From Thermoplasmata archaeon (lineage in GTDB: Archaea > Thermoplasmatota > Thermoplasmata > Thermoplasmatales > Thermoplasmataceae): a stretch of DNA of 64,000 bases. A model generated the notes under the pieces. The model was not told the DNA's origin, made no database searches, and worked only from the letters and a program-made list of their open reading frames with translations. Position numbers and translations under genes: made by a program. The stretch is from NCBI GenBank assembly GCA_021806295.1, contig JAJZXS010000041.1, positions 1,406 through 65,405 on the forward strand, given 5' to 3'. Of the stretch, positions 50,951 to 61,295 are shown piece by piece. Position 1 is the stretch's first letter, and every line of letters starts with the position of its first letter.

Positions 50951-52018
50951 TTTCTTCCCTGCCATCATCAGGTCAAGTATAACAAATGCAGTTAGTGTCT
51001 GTATAACAGGAACGGCCCTGAATGATATGAAAGGATCATGCCTTCCCGTAACCCTTACCTCTGATGGCTCCATTGTTGTTATGTTAACACTTTTCTGTGG
51101 TATCCTTATTGAGGACGTGGGTTTCATTGCCACGCTGAATTCAACAGGCATACCATCCGTAATTCCGCCAAGAATGCCTCCAGAATTATTTGTCCTTGTC
51201 ATAATCTTTTTCCCATCAGTATAAAATTCGTCGTTTGCCTCAGAACCCATCATGCTCCCGAGGTTAAATCCTGCACCGAATTCCACGCCCTTTAGCCCCG
51301 GTATAGAAAACATGGCTCTGGATATCTCACTTTCCACTGAATTGAAAAACGGCTCGCCCACTCCCGGAGGAACATTATATACGGATGTTTTGATTATGCT
51401 TCCTAGGCTATCGCCCTCTTTTATTATTTTTAGTATCTTGTTGTAAAGCAATTCATCCATGCCCCTATCCGGCATCCTGGTTCTGTATCCATATACGTCT
51501 TCCGGTCCCGAAGGAGGTTCTGATTTCATTGAGATGTCTCCAGCAGATTTAATGTAGGTTACAATTTTTATTCCATAGCCATCCAGTATGCTCATGGCAA
51601 GTGCCCCTGCAGCAACAAGGGGAAGCGTCATCCTTCCTGAGAAAAAACCACCGCCCTCATAGTTCCTGAAATCACCATACTTGTAAAACATTGTCAAGTC
51701 CGCATGTCCCGGCCTCGGGTTATTTTTCAGTTCGTCGTAATGTTTATCGATATAGTCCTTATTTTTAAATAGGAAGGTAAAAGGAGACCCGTCAGAAAAT
51801 CCATCTCTGGACCCTGCAATAATTTCTATGGCATCCTCCTCATTTCTCTGCGTGGTAATGAGACTCTGCCCGGGCCTTCTCCTGTCGAGCCATTTCTGGA
51901 TATATTCTTTGTTGATTTCAGTCCCGGCGGGCAGCCCATCCACCGTACCGCCTATGTACGGTCCGTGTGATGATCCGAAAACTGTGAGCCTTATTTCATT
52001 GCCTAGTGAAAACATCAA
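50945..52018 (-). CDS. aroC: Chorismate synthase
   Basis: FGSSHGPYIGGTVDGLPAG, RPGHAD and RHDP motifs. Confidence 0.93.
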   Translation of the reverse strand: MMFSLGNEIRLTVFGSSHGPYIGGTVDGLPAGTEINKEYIQKWLDRRRPGQSLITTQRNEEDAIEIIAGSRDGFSDGSPFTFLFKNKDYIDKHYDELKNNPRPGHADLTMFYKYGDFRNYEGGGFFSGRMTLPLVAAGALAMSILDGYGIKIVTYIKSAGDISMKSEPPSGPEDVYGYRTRMPDRGMDELLYNKILKIIKEGDSLGSIIKTSVYNVPPGVGEPFFNSVESEISRAMFSIPGLKGVEFGAGFNLGSMMGSEANDEFYTDGKKIMTRTNNSGGILGGITDGMPVEFSVAMKPTSSIRIPQKSVNITTMEPSEVRVTGRHDPFISFRAVPVIQTLTAFVILDLMMAGKKL

Positions 52019-52075
52019 TTATAATGTGATGATAATTTATTAATATTTTTATATTACAATGTAATGACTAATTAT

Positions 52076-52148
52076 AGCTCCGTGGTGTAGTGGCCAAGCA
52101 TTACTGGCTCTGGACCAGCAGACGGCAGTTCGAATCTGCCCGGAGCTA
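52076..52148 (+). tRNA. tRNA-Gln (anticodon CUG)
   Basis: Hand-folded. Acceptor AGCTCCG/CGGAGCT, T arm GGCAG-TTCGAAT-CTGCC, anticodon loop CTCTGGA. Confidence 0.85.
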
Positions 52149-52197
52149 CTGAAGTTAAAAACAAATAATTTAATTAAATAGTGCTAAATTTACTTCC

Positions 52198-52665
52198 ATG
52201 GAAGATGAACTTTTACTTGAATACTGTGAATTGGTAGAAAAAAAATTGCCTGTGGACCATAAGTTCTTTCTTTATGAATCGCAGATAAAAATTGTGCAGT
52301 CTTTTCTCGGGCTGGCCATATCAGAGGCAAGGAATATAGAGAAAATCAGGGAAATGCTGGATATACTGGACACCCTGAATGAAAATATCTACGATAATGA
52401 TACGGTTCTCCCTGACAATGTTAGAAAATCCCTGAGAAGGGAAGCAAAGGAATGGGTTGACATAGAACAGAAAATGGATAGTGGCGATAAATATACCGCA
52501 TACCTTATTCTTGCCGCGTCAAATCTGAGAATAGCATTATCATATCTGGTTTCCCTGAGAGAGGATGCTGATTTCTCAGGTCATATAGGAGAATATCCTG
52601 TAGAATATATGCAAAAATTGATAAATATGATAAATAATGAAGCTGTGGGAAATGTTTTACTTTAA
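52198..52665 (+). CDS. Hypothetical protein (155 aa, helical)
   Basis: A clean ORF with no family recognised. Confidence 0.35.
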   Translation: MEDELLLEYCELVEKKLPVDHKFFLYESQIKIVQSFLGLAISEARNIEKIREMLDILDTLNENIYDNDTVLPDNVRKSLRREAKEWVDIEQKMDSGDKYTAYLILAASNLRIALSYLVSLREDADFSGHIGEYPVEYMQKLINMINNEAVGNVLL

Positions 52666-53502
52666 TTTTTCAATGTCTGCAGAGGCTATATAATCTTTAT
52701 AGGTTATCGGCTCTGCCACATATCTGTATAATGATGTATTTTCCTTATAGTAATCCAGCTGCAGCATATAGAACTGCTCTTTTGTCAGGACTCCCCTTTT
52801 TTCAAGCGATCCAATGAAAGGTTTGAATATTGTGGATGTCACCTCTTTTACCGGCTGCATTCCCAGTTTGGCCCGGATTACATTGAACATATCCGCAAAG
52901 GAAACCCTCTCCCTTGTGCATACATCTATTACCCCTGACCTCTCCATGGAATTCTTAATTACAGTTATCACATCATTGATATGCACCGGTGCCATATTTC
53001 CACTTCTTGGAAGATAGGGAACACGGCCCTTTGCAGCGTTTATTAGCATTTTTGTAAATTTATCGCCTGGACCGAACATTGTTGATGGCCTTATTATAAG
53101 TGAAGTTTTGATCAGGCTTGCATTGTCCTCAGCCAGCCTTTTGTATCTGAAATAGTCTGTCTTGCCCTTATCTGCATTTATGGCGGAAAAGTAAATGAGT
53201 TTCCTGTTTCCCCTCAATTCCTGCATTGCCTGGACGATATTTTTCATGCCTTTCAGGGATAAATCCTCATGGGTTTCTTCATTTTCTACAAGTACGTCAA
53301 CTGCATGCACAACAACATCATAATTTTCAATGGCATTCTTAACATCCTCATATTCTCTTATATCCCCCTTTATATATTTTATACCCAGGCTATCCAGCTC
53401 TTCTGAATTATTTCTTGAAAAGTAAGCCTTTTCCTCGGCATCCATCTGCTTCAGAATGTTGCTTCCAACGAATCCTGACCCTCCCAGAACTATTAATTTC
53501 AT
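52657..53502 (-). CDS. NAD(P)-binding Rossmann-fold protein (NmrA/atypical SDR epimerase-like)
   Basis: MKLIVLGGSGFVGSNI N-terminal dinucleotide-binding motif. Confidence 0.75.
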   Translation of the reverse strand: MKLIVLGGSGFVGSNILKQMDAEEKAYFSRNNSEELDSLGIKYIKGDIREYEDVKNAIENYDVVVHAVDVLVENEETHEDLSLKGMKNIVQAMQELRGNRKLIYFSAINADKGKTDYFRYKRLAEDNASLIKTSLIIRPSTMFGPGDKFTKMLINAAKGRVPYLPRSGNMAPVHINDVITVIKNSMERSGVIDVCTRERVSFADMFNVIRAKLGMQPVKEVTSTIFKPFIGSLEKRGVLTKEQFYMLQLDYYKENTSLYRYVAEPITYKDYIASADIEKLK

Positions 53503-53607
53503 GGTACTGTATGGGCTATGTATATAAAAATCTTATACAAACCAGCATGCGACCAAATTGTGCATCACCGGCGTTATATTTTTATCTATCTTATAATTAC
53601 TATCATC

Positions 53608-55161
53608 ATGACAGATTTTTCCAACAGGAGCAGGGATGTATTCCTTATTAAAACAGATATGATTGACCGTGGTGCATTGATGTCCCGGTATAGCAGGACC
53701 CTGAACCTTGATATACGGGATGTTTATGAAAAAGAGTTCAAAGATAATCCAGAAAGGGCCAGTAGTTTCTATAAAAGAATATTTCTGGATTACGGTGATG
53801 AATCCGTGGCAGAGCTTACAACAGCGCAGCTTGGCATACAGAATATTTCCAATGTGCTTTCAAAGGTAATAGAGGAGCCAAGAATAGGGCTGTCATATCT
53901 GGAAAAGTCATCAAGGTATGTCAAATATAGCAGAAAGGTAAATGGCAGCTATCTGTACCTGCATGGAAGAGATGCAGGAATACCTGAAATGGAAGACGAG
54001 TATAATAAAATGTGTACAGACCTTTTCGATTTTTATTCTGAATCATATCCGGTGATGATGAAATATATGGAAGAAAACAATCCTCTGGAAAGTTTTGTGT
54101 TCCAGGTGGGGGGCAAAAATTATAAGTATGAGGATTTAAAATCAGCTGACAGTGATCTAATGGAGAAATCTTACAGGTCATCCCTGCGGTCTGCTGTACT
54201 TGATGAGATAAGGTCTGTTCTGCCGGCATCCACACTTACCAATATGGGACTATCTGGCAATGGAAGGGCGTTCATTTCGCTTATCGAAAGGCTAAATGCC
54301 TATGGAACCCCTGAGAGCCGGAAATATGCAGACATGATATACAGTGAGCTGGAGCCGGAACTTCCGGAACTCATAGATGATGCAGTGACATCCCACGGGA
54401 AGGCCCAGGTTGATTATATAAATTCCAGGGATTCTCTGGGTAAGAATATTCGGTATAATGATTTGGTGCCAGGCAGGATAAGGCTAATAAATTATATGGA
54501 TGAAAGTGCTGCAATTGAAATGGCCACAAGACTGCTTATTTACCAGAATACCGGTGCATATGGAAGCGCATCATTGGCTCCCGGGCAGGAAGAATCCATA
54601 CTGAATGAACTGGCTTCCATGAGGGCAAACAGGAGGCATAAGATCGGCAGGGCATTTGAATCAATAAACTACACCTTTGAGGTAAATATGAATTACGGTG
54701 CGTTCAGGGAATTCCAGAGGCACCGTTTCTTCTCTATCATAAGGAAACCCCTTGGCATTGACTATGGATACGACATGCCGGAAAACCTGGCAGGGATACC
54801 TGACCTGAGGGACAGATATGATAGATTAATGCTGGAAGCCGCTGAATTATATGGAAAAATCAGGGAAAAATATGGGGAAAAACTGGCACAGTATACTGTA
54901 CCCTATGCATACAGATATCCCGTGGTATTCAGCGCAAATTTAAACGAACTTACATACTTTATTGAATTGCGGTCTAATCCCCAGGTGCACCCCGACCTCA
55001 GGAGGGTTGCCTTTGATATTTATAACGAAATAAAGAGGGTCCACCCCAGGCTGGCCACATTGATAAAATTTGTGGACCAGGGAGATTACCGCCTTGGCCG
55101 CCTTCCTGCAGAGGTCAGAAAAGAAACAAAGAAAAAAGACCTTTCCGGGGCACAGGATTAA
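53608..55161 (+). CDS. thyX: FAD-dependent thymidylate synthase, long (double-domain) form
   Basis: A single ThyX signature RHRFFS lies at 54718-54735 in the C-terminal half. I trimmed the tracked ORF (53518) to ATG 53608 because the upstream part is AT-rich promoter-like sequence. Confidence 0.75.
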   Translation: MTDFSNRSRDVFLIKTDMIDRGALMSRYSRTLNLDIRDVYEKEFKDNPERASSFYKRIFLDYGDESVAELTTAQLGIQNISNVLSKVIEEPRIGLSYLEKSSRYVKYSRKVNGSYLYLHGRDAGIPEMEDEYNKMCTDLFDFYSESYPVMMKYMEENNPLESFVFQVGGKNYKYEDLKSADSDLMEKSYRSSLRSAVLDEIRSVLPASTLTNMGLSGNGRAFISLIERLNAYGTPESRKYADMIYSELEPELPELIDDAVTSHGKAQVDYINSRDSLGKNIRYNDLVPGRIRLINYMDESAAIEMATRLLIYQNTGAYGSASLAPGQEESILNELASMRANRRHKIGRAFESINYTFEVNMNYGAFREFQRHRFFSIIRKPLGIDYGYDMPENLAGIPDLRDRYDRLMLEAAELYGKIREKYGEKLAQYTVPYAYRYPVVFSANLNELTYFIELRSNPQVHPDLRRVAFDIYNEIKRVHPRLATLIKFVDQGDYRLGRLPAEVRKETKKKDLSGAQD

Positions 55162-55240
55162 AATTATTCTAATCCTTTAATTTTAATATTTTAATTTTAG
55201 AAAAACTTATATTGAAGAACATATTTATGAATCGATTGTT

Positions 55241-56890
55241 ATGATGTCAGGTCAAACCCCAATATTGATATTAAAGGAAGGTACAGAAAGGCAGCAGGGC
55301 AAAAATGCCCAGAAGAACAACATTGAGGCCGCCAAGGCCATTGCAGATGCAGTAAGGACAACACTTGGGCCCAAGGGCATGGATAAAATGATGGTTGATT
55401 CCATCGGTGATATAATTATATCCAATGACGGTGCAACCATACTGAAGGAAATGGATGTAGACCATCCGACTGCAAAAATGATTGTTGAAGCATCCAAATC
55501 ACAGGACACAGCTGTAGGGGATGGGACAACAACAGTGGTGGTACTGGCTGGAGAGCTTCTAAAGCAGGCTGAGGCATTGCTTGACCAGGGAGTTCATTCT
55601 ACCATTATAGCAGATGGATACCACCTTGGGGCAGAAGAGGCAAGAAAACAGCTCACAGCCATGTCTGTCAGCGCTAATGATGACAAGATACTCAGGAAAA
55701 TTGCAATAACTGCACTGTCCGGAAAAAACACCGGTGTCAGCGCCGAATTCCTTGCAGACCTTGTGGTTAACGCCATAAATGCGGTTTCAGAAACAGACGG
55801 AAAGAAAACCGTGGTTGATACAGCCAACATAAAGGTTGACAAGAAGAGCGGTGGGAGCGCTGCCGATACTAAATTCATAAACGGCCTTATAATAGACAAG
55901 GAAAAGGTTCATTCAAAGATGCCTTCTGTTGTAAAAAATGCCAAGATAGCCTTAATAAATTCTGCTCTGGAAATCAAGAAAACAGAGATAGATGCCAAGG
56001 TCCAGATAACAGACCCATCCAAGATACAGGACTTCCTTGACCAGGAAAGCGATACCCTGAAGGAAATGGCAGAAAAAATAAAGAAATCAGGAGCAAACGT
56101 GGTTCTGTGCCAGAAGGGAATTGATGATACAGTACAGTATTACCTTGCAAAGTACGGAATATACGCTGTAAGAAGAGTCAAGCAGAGCGATATGGAAAAA
56201 CTTGCAAAGGCTACCGGTGCAAAGATGGTAACAGACCTTGACGATATCTCTGAAGAAACAATGGGAAAGGCTGAAACCGTTGAAGAGAGAAAGATAGGCG
56301 ATGACAGGATGACATTTGTCACTGGCTGCGAAAATCCCAAAGCTGTAAACATACTTATCAGGGGCGGGACAGAGCACGTTGTGGATGAGATAGAAAGGGC
56401 ACTCAATGATGCAATAAGGGTTGTTGCAATAACAAAGGAGGACGGAAGATACCTTCCTGGAGGAGGTGCTACAGAGGCCGAGCTTGCAATGAAGCTCAGA
56501 TCATACTCCAACAGCGTAGGCGGAAGGGAACAGCTATCCATAGAAGCCTTTGCCAAGGCCCTGGAAATTATCCCCAGAACACTGGCTGAAAACGCAGGAA
56601 TGGATCCAATAAACACCCTTATCTCACTGAAATCAGAACACGAAAAGGGGAACAAAAACTACGGTGTCGACATGGACGCAAATAAAATCAGCGACATGCT
56701 TGAGGCTGGTGTCTTTGATACATTCCGTGTAAAGACACATGCCATAGAAAGCGCCGTGGAGGTAGCCACAATGATACTCAGGATAGATGATGTCATTGCC
56801 AGCAAGAAATCTTCAGCACCTGCCGGTGGAGCCGGTGGCATGCCTGGAGGCATGGGTGGCGGCATGCCCGGCGGAATGGGCGGATACTGA
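55241..56890 (+). CDS. ths: Thermosome (group II chaperonin) subunit
   Basis: [16 protein letters not shown] and VPGGGA-type motifs, with a C-terminal [18 protein letters not shown] tail. Confidence 0.95.
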   Translation: MMSGQTPILILKEGTERQQGKNAQKNNIEAAKAIADAVRTTLGPKGMDKMMVDSIGDIIISNDGATILKEMDVDHPTAKMIVEASKSQDTAVGDGTTTVVVLAGELLKQAEALLDQGVHSTIIADGYHLGAEEARKQLTAMSVSANDDKILRKIAITALSGKNTGVSAEFLADLVVNAINAVSETDGKKTVVDTANIKVDKKSGGSAADTKFINGLIIDKEKVHSKMPSVVKNAKIALINSALEIKKTEIDAKVQITDPSKIQDFLDQESDTLKEMAEKIKKSGANVVLCQKGIDDTVQYYLAKYGIYAVRRVKQSDMEKLAKATGAKMVTDLDDISEETMGKAETVEERKIGDDRMTFVTGCENPKAVNILIRGGTEHVVDEIERALNDAIRVVAITKEDGRYLPGGGATEAELAMKLRSYSNSVGGREQLSIEAFAKALEIIPRTLAENAGMDPINTLISLKSEHEKGNKNYGVDMDANKISDMLEAGVFDTFRVKTHAIESAVEVATMILRIDDVIASKKSSAPAGGAGGMPGGMGGGMPGGMGGY

Positions 56891-56905
56891 TTTTTTTAAT
56901 TTTTT
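56891..56905 (+). terminator. Oligo-T archaeal terminator after the thermosome gene
   Basis: T7 then T6 tracts follow the TGA immediately. Confidence 0.5.
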
Positions 56906-56959
56906 CCATATTTTAAAAAGTATAAATATTATTTAATAATGTTTTAACGGTGACATAAA

Positions 56960-57925
56960 ATGATGCAGTTTAATGTTAGTTCTACAGAAAGAGATTATGA
57001 AACTGATTATGATGTAATTGTAATAGGTGCAGGTGCGGCAGGCTATTCTGCAGGTGTGTACATAAAAAGATCAGGCATGAGTGTTGCCATTCTGGAACGT
57101 GAATCGGTGCCAGGCGGAAATACTGCTGTGTCCCCACTTGTTGAGAACTATCTGGGGTATACAGCCATAGAGGGGGCTGACCTTGCCGAGAATTTCAGGA
57201 AGCACTATGCACAGTACGGAAAAATAATTACGGAAATAGATGTACGGGATATCAAAAAAGAGGGAGATAAATTCAAAATCACAACAAACCGTTCTGATTT
57301 CACAGCCAGGGCTGTTATAGTTACAACAGGGACAACCCATAGAAAAATGAACGTAAAGGGTGAGGATGAATATTACGGAAAAGGGATATCATACTGCTCC
57401 ACATGCGATGGCTATTTATTCAAGGGCAAGGACGTAGCAGTTATAGGGGGCGGCAATTCAGGCGCCATATCAGCCCTGTACCTTGATGGAATAGCCAAAA
57501 ATGTATCCATTATAGCACACTCGAAGATTAAAAAGTGTGAGGATGCCTATGTAAAATCCATAGATGAAAAGAAAATCCCATTTATACTGAACGCTGAAAC
57601 CGAAGAATTCCTGGGCGATGGAAAGAAGCTCAACGGATTAAAGTATAAAGACCTGAAAACCGGTGAGGAGAAGACTGTAAAACTGGATGGTGTATTTGTT
57701 TACATAGGTGTGATTCCACAGACATCCTTCCTGAAAAATATAGGGGTGAAACTTGACAATCACGGATTTATCCTTGGTGATGAGAAGGGAAGGACAAACA
57801 TTCCTGGAATATATGCGGCAGGAGACGTTCTATCCGGCAGTGAGGAACAGATAGCAACAGCTGTGGGTGATGGAAGCAAGGCTGCAATAACTCTTTATAC
57901 AGATCTAATAAATAAAAAGTTTTAA
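56960..57925 (+). CDS. trxB: Thioredoxin-reductase-like flavoprotein (low-Mr TrxR type)
   Basis: GAGAAG FAD motif, redox CSTCDG, second Rossmann GGGNSG, and C-terminal AAGDV. Confidence 0.85.
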   Translation: MMQFNVSSTERDYETDYDVIVIGAGAAGYSAGVYIKRSGMSVAILERESVPGGNTAVSPLVENYLGYTAIEGADLAENFRKHYAQYGKIITEIDVRDIKKEGDKFKITTNRSDFTARAVIVTTGTTHRKMNVKGEDEYYGKGISYCSTCDGYLFKGKDVAVIGGGNSGAISALYLDGIAKNVSIIAHSKIKKCEDAYVKSIDEKKIPFILNAETEEFLGDGKKLNGLKYKDLKTGEEKTVKLDGVFVYIGVIPQTSFLKNIGVKLDNHGFILGDEKGRTNIPGIYAAGDVLSGSEEQIATAVGDGSKAAITLYTDLINKKF

Positions 57926-57940
57926 ATTTATTCTTTTTCT

Positions 57941-58855
57941 ATGGAACCTATGAAGAGAGACATACTTTCCGTTGCTGATATGCAGAACGACCTTGAAGAT
58001 ATAATAGATTTATCTATTAGGCTCAAAAAGGATAGAACAATTCAATTTTCAGAAAAGAAGATTCTCGGAATGATTTTTGAAAAGCCCAGCACAAGAACAA
58101 GAATATCACTGGAAGCTGCAATGGAGCAGCTTAATGGGCATGCTATTTACCTGAGCCCGAAGGATATGCACCTTGGCGATGGCGAAACCATAGGAGATAC
58201 AGCCAGAGTAATGTCCAGGTTTCTTGATGTGATCTCATATAGGGCATTCGATTACAGGAATGTCAGGGAACTTGCAAAATATTCAACGGTACCGGTACTC
58301 AATGCACTGGACAATAGGGAGCATCCCATGCAGATTGTTGCAGACTTTATGACCATAATGGAGAAAAAGCACAGGCTTGAAGGGCTTAAAATGGCTTACA
58401 TAGGCGATGGAAACAATATGGCAAACTCACTTCTTATAGGTGCTGCGATAACAGGCATGGACATATCCGTGGCATGCCCGGAACACCATGACCCGGATCA
58501 GGACCTACTATACAGGGCCAGGGACATAGCCCTGAAAACAGGAAGCAGGATAGAGATAGTAAGAGACCCAAGAACTGCAGTGGATTCCTCAGATATAGTG
58601 TATACAGACGTATGGGTCTCCATGGGAGAGGAAAGCGAAAGGGAAAAAAAGGAAAAGGCCTTCAAAAATTTCCAGGTAAATGAGGATCTTGTAGATTTTG
58701 CAGATCGTAATTATATATTCATGCACTGCCTCCCTGCCAGAAGGGGCCTCGAAGTTACCGACAATGTAATAGACGGTATACACAGCGTTGTATTCGATGA
58801 GGCTGAAAACAGGCTTTACAGTGAAAAGGGAGTAATATATACTGTACTCTCATGA
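57941..58855 (+). CDS. argF: Ornithine carbamoyltransferase
   Basis: STRTR, HPMQ and HCLP motifs. Confidence 0.93.
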   Translation: MEPMKRDILSVADMQNDLEDIIDLSIRLKKDRTIQFSEKKILGMIFEKPSTRTRISLEAAMEQLNGHAIYLSPKDMHLGDGETIGDTARVMSRFLDVISYRAFDYRNVRELAKYSTVPVLNALDNREHPMQIVADFMTIMEKKHRLEGLKMAYIGDGNNMANSLLIGAAITGMDISVACPEHHDPDQDLLYRARDIALKTGSRIEIVRDPRTAVDSSDIVYTDVWVSMGEESEREKKEKAFKNFQVNEDLVDFADRNYIFMHCLPARRGLEVTDNVIDGIHSVVFDEAENRLYSEKGVIYTVLS

Positions 58856-58956
58856 TTTATTTTATGCATAATCAAACTTGAATTTACCTATAAACATACC
58901 CCGTGTAAACTTTTAATATCTATCTATTCTGTAAATTTGCCCGACCCTGCAGAATC

Positions 58957-59517
58957 CTACAATTGCATTCTCCTCCTTGTTCTGATTATAAGCCAGAATA
59001 TTGATGCAACAATCACTGTAGATGTGACAGTGGCAATAATATATACAGAATAAAGAAATATTGAAAGAAAATAAGATGTGTGGTACCCACCTATAATCTG
59101 TATATGGTATAGAATGTAAATAACCACCTCTATTGTTCCATATATAACTGTAAAATAAAGCAGCCAGCCGTAGTTTTCATGTAGCAGGTCATAATTATTT
59201 TTTATTTCATTGTATTCATTAAGTGGCTCATAAACAGCCTGTATTTCACTCTCAGCGTCTGGTATTATTTTCCTGAATATTTCCAGAACATTCCCGTCCC
59301 CGGTTACTCTGATGCCTGATATGATTTTTTCCAGTTCATCCATGAGGTCATTTGAATAAATAAACTCAAGCAATAGTTTTAGGAAAAGAAGGTCCGTTAT
59401 ATTCTTTTTCTTTTGGATATCTCTGAAAAGGATTGCAATCAGCCTGCCGAAGTACAGTATTAGCAATGATGCAATTATAATATAAACCACTATAAGGCCC
59501 GGTAATCTTGGTACCAT
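58957..59517 (-). CDS. Hypothetical membrane protein (N-terminal TM, helical middle, about 3 C-terminal TM)
   Basis: 186 aa clean ORF. No family recognised. Confidence 0.4.
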   Translation of the reverse strand: MVPRLPGLIVVYIIIASLLILYFGRLIAILFRDIQKKKNITDLLFLKLLLEFIYSNDLMDELEKIISGIRVTGDGNVLEIFRKIIPDAESEIQAVYEPLNEYNEIKNNYDLLHENYGWLLYFTVIYGTIEVVIYILYHIQIIGGYHTSYFLSIFLYSVYIIATVTSTVIVASIFWLIIRTRRRMQL

Positions 59518-59661
59518 AATTCTAAACCGGAATACGTGCTATTAAATGTATATGTATAATTGTTACAAATCAGTCCATTTGCCTGTGTTTTAATGTTTAA
59601 CTATCAGGCCTGGGCTCCACTTTCATGGGGAACAAATTCCCACCTTCTCAAGCGACCAAAT

Positions 59662-60270
59662 CTAACTCAGATTTAATTTTCTTAAATTGTTTAAATATTC
59701 AATGCCCCTGGTGGTTGCTGTGTATCTCATTCCAGATTCATCTTCTATCATTTGCAGGTAATTCAACTTTAACATTTCACTTATCAAATTTGTACAGTAT
59801 CTATAATTTAAATTGCATCTGTACACAATTTTTGTTATAGATGTGGTCGGGTTTGATATTATTGATTCCAGTATTTCCCTCTGTATGTCAACTTTGGACC
59901 TCTTGGTCCTGGAACTCAGGAATGGTTTTTTTACGGCATTGTTGTCAACCCTCACAGTAATATTATAAAGACCAGAATTAAACCGCAATGATTTGACCAG
60001 CTGTATGTTAATAGAATCTGCCAATTTTTTTATATTGCTATCTATCATGCCAGAGTAAACTGCAATTCTGTTTTCACTTTCTATCTCTTCTGGTATACTT
60101 ACACTTTTTAAAATATTAATCTTGTCAATAATGGTACCTGACAGAAACAATAAAAATATCTTAAGTCCTGTTGTGTCTTTCACAATTTTTGAATAGTTAT
60201 TGCCTGTACCATGAGCCCCAATACACCAGCTTTCAAGTTCAAATGCGTACTCATCATTATTCCTGACCAT
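59662..60270 (-). CDS. Winged-helix (HTH_45-like) DNA-binding protein with uncharacterised N-terminal domain, paralog A
   Basis: C-terminal ITKIVYRCNLNYRYCTNLISEMLKLNYLQMIE...YTATTRGIEYL. It is a paralog of the 60617-61255 product. Confidence 0.6.
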   Translation of the reverse strand: MVRNNDEYAFELESWCIGAHGTGNNYSKIVKDTTGLKIFLLFLSGTIIDKINILKSVSIPEEIESENRIAVYSGMIDSNIKKLADSINIQLVKSLRFNSGLYNITVRVDNNAVKKPFLSSRTKRSKVDIQREILESIISNPTTSITKIVYRCNLNYRYCTNLISEMLKLNYLQMIEDESGMRYTATTRGIEYLNNLRKLNLS

Positions 60271-60616
60271 AAATATTAATTCAATACCAGGTATTAAACT
60301 TTTCTTATAGTGCCGAATAAATTTAATCTAATATACTGAAGTTAGCACCACATATAAACAATGTAAAATAAACGTTTTATACAAACTCATATATTTGTAT
60401 TTCCAGGTCATGAACGTATATCGTAATAAGTAGGCAAATTTTACTATCAAAAAATATATCTATTAATGGATGTAGTAATTTAAATTTATTATATTTAAAT
60501 ATTGTTATATCATGTCATATTTATCTTATAATATAATTAATAATGCATCGATAATATTGTATAAATCCATACAGGCAACCAGAGGCTAACCAGCATTATA
60601 CTATTCCATATTACTT

Positions 60617-61255
60617 TTATAACGACTTAAGATCATTCAGGTAATTTTTCCCCTCTGAAGTTATTGCATATTTAATGCCGTTCTTATATTCCATAACATC
60701 CACCATACCCTTCTGTATAAGATTTTCAAGCAATTTTATGGCATACTGGTAATTCAGGTTGCATTTGTATATTATCTTTGTAATGTTTATCCCCTCACTG
60801 GAATTAACTGTATCCAGTATTTCCTTGATTATAAATATTTTCTCACGGCGCTGTATTTTTTCATATTTATTCTCAGGTTGCTGGAGTGGCTTTTCCACTG
60901 GACTTGCAGGCACCTCAATTATCTTTGACATATTTGTATGGTTCAGTATTATCTTGTGGCATAGGGTAATATTAAATTTAAGTGATATTTCACGCAATTC
61001 CGGGGGAATCACACCTCCATATATTGCAATTTTTCTGGTATACTGATTCCTTGATACATTCTCTGTAAATTCTTTGATTTTCTTTATCTTGCTATCAGAA
61101 CTTCCCCTGAGCATAACCACTGGAATTTCTTCTCCTGTTTTTCTTGAGCGGAGGATCAGGTCCACCTTATATATATCCACCCTACTGCTGACTATTCCGT
61201 TATACACTTCTTCCCATTCATTGCTGTCAAAAACTATAATTGAATTCTTTACCAT
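60617..61255 (-). CDS. Winged-helix (HTH_45-like) DNA-binding protein with uncharacterised N-terminal domain, paralog B
   Basis: I trimmed the tracked ORF (to 61378) to ATG 61255. That start has AAGGTGG upstream and avoids overlap with the peptidase gene. C-terminal ITKIIYKCNLNYQYAIKLLENLIQKGMV...YAITSEGKNYL. Confidence 0.6.
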   Translation of the reverse strand: MVKNSIIVFDSNEWEEVYNGIVSSRVDIYKVDLILRSRKTGEEIPVVMLRGSSDSKIKKIKEFTENVSRNQYTRKIAIYGGVIPPELREISLKFNITLCHKIILNHTNMSKIIEVPASPVEKPLQQPENKYEKIQRREKIFIIKEILDTVNSSEGINITKIIYKCNLNYQYAIKLLENLIQKGMVDVMEYKNGIKYAITSEGKNYLNDLKSL

Positions 61256-61295
61256 ATTAAACCACCTTCTCTTAAATTTTCTACACATACCATTG

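Noticed and set aside
53518-53607. 5' extension of the thyX ORF
   Set aside because: It encodes an Ile/Tyr-rich peptide from AT-rich promoter-like sequence (TATATAAAAAT at the very start). The ATG at 53608 is more plausible, though unproven.
56140-56655. 171-aa minus-strand ORF inside the thermosome gene (similar cases at 22242-22697 and 21831-22151 in rad50)
   Set aside because: These are antisense to strongly supported genes and have Ser/Phe/Ile-rich shadow-frame composition.
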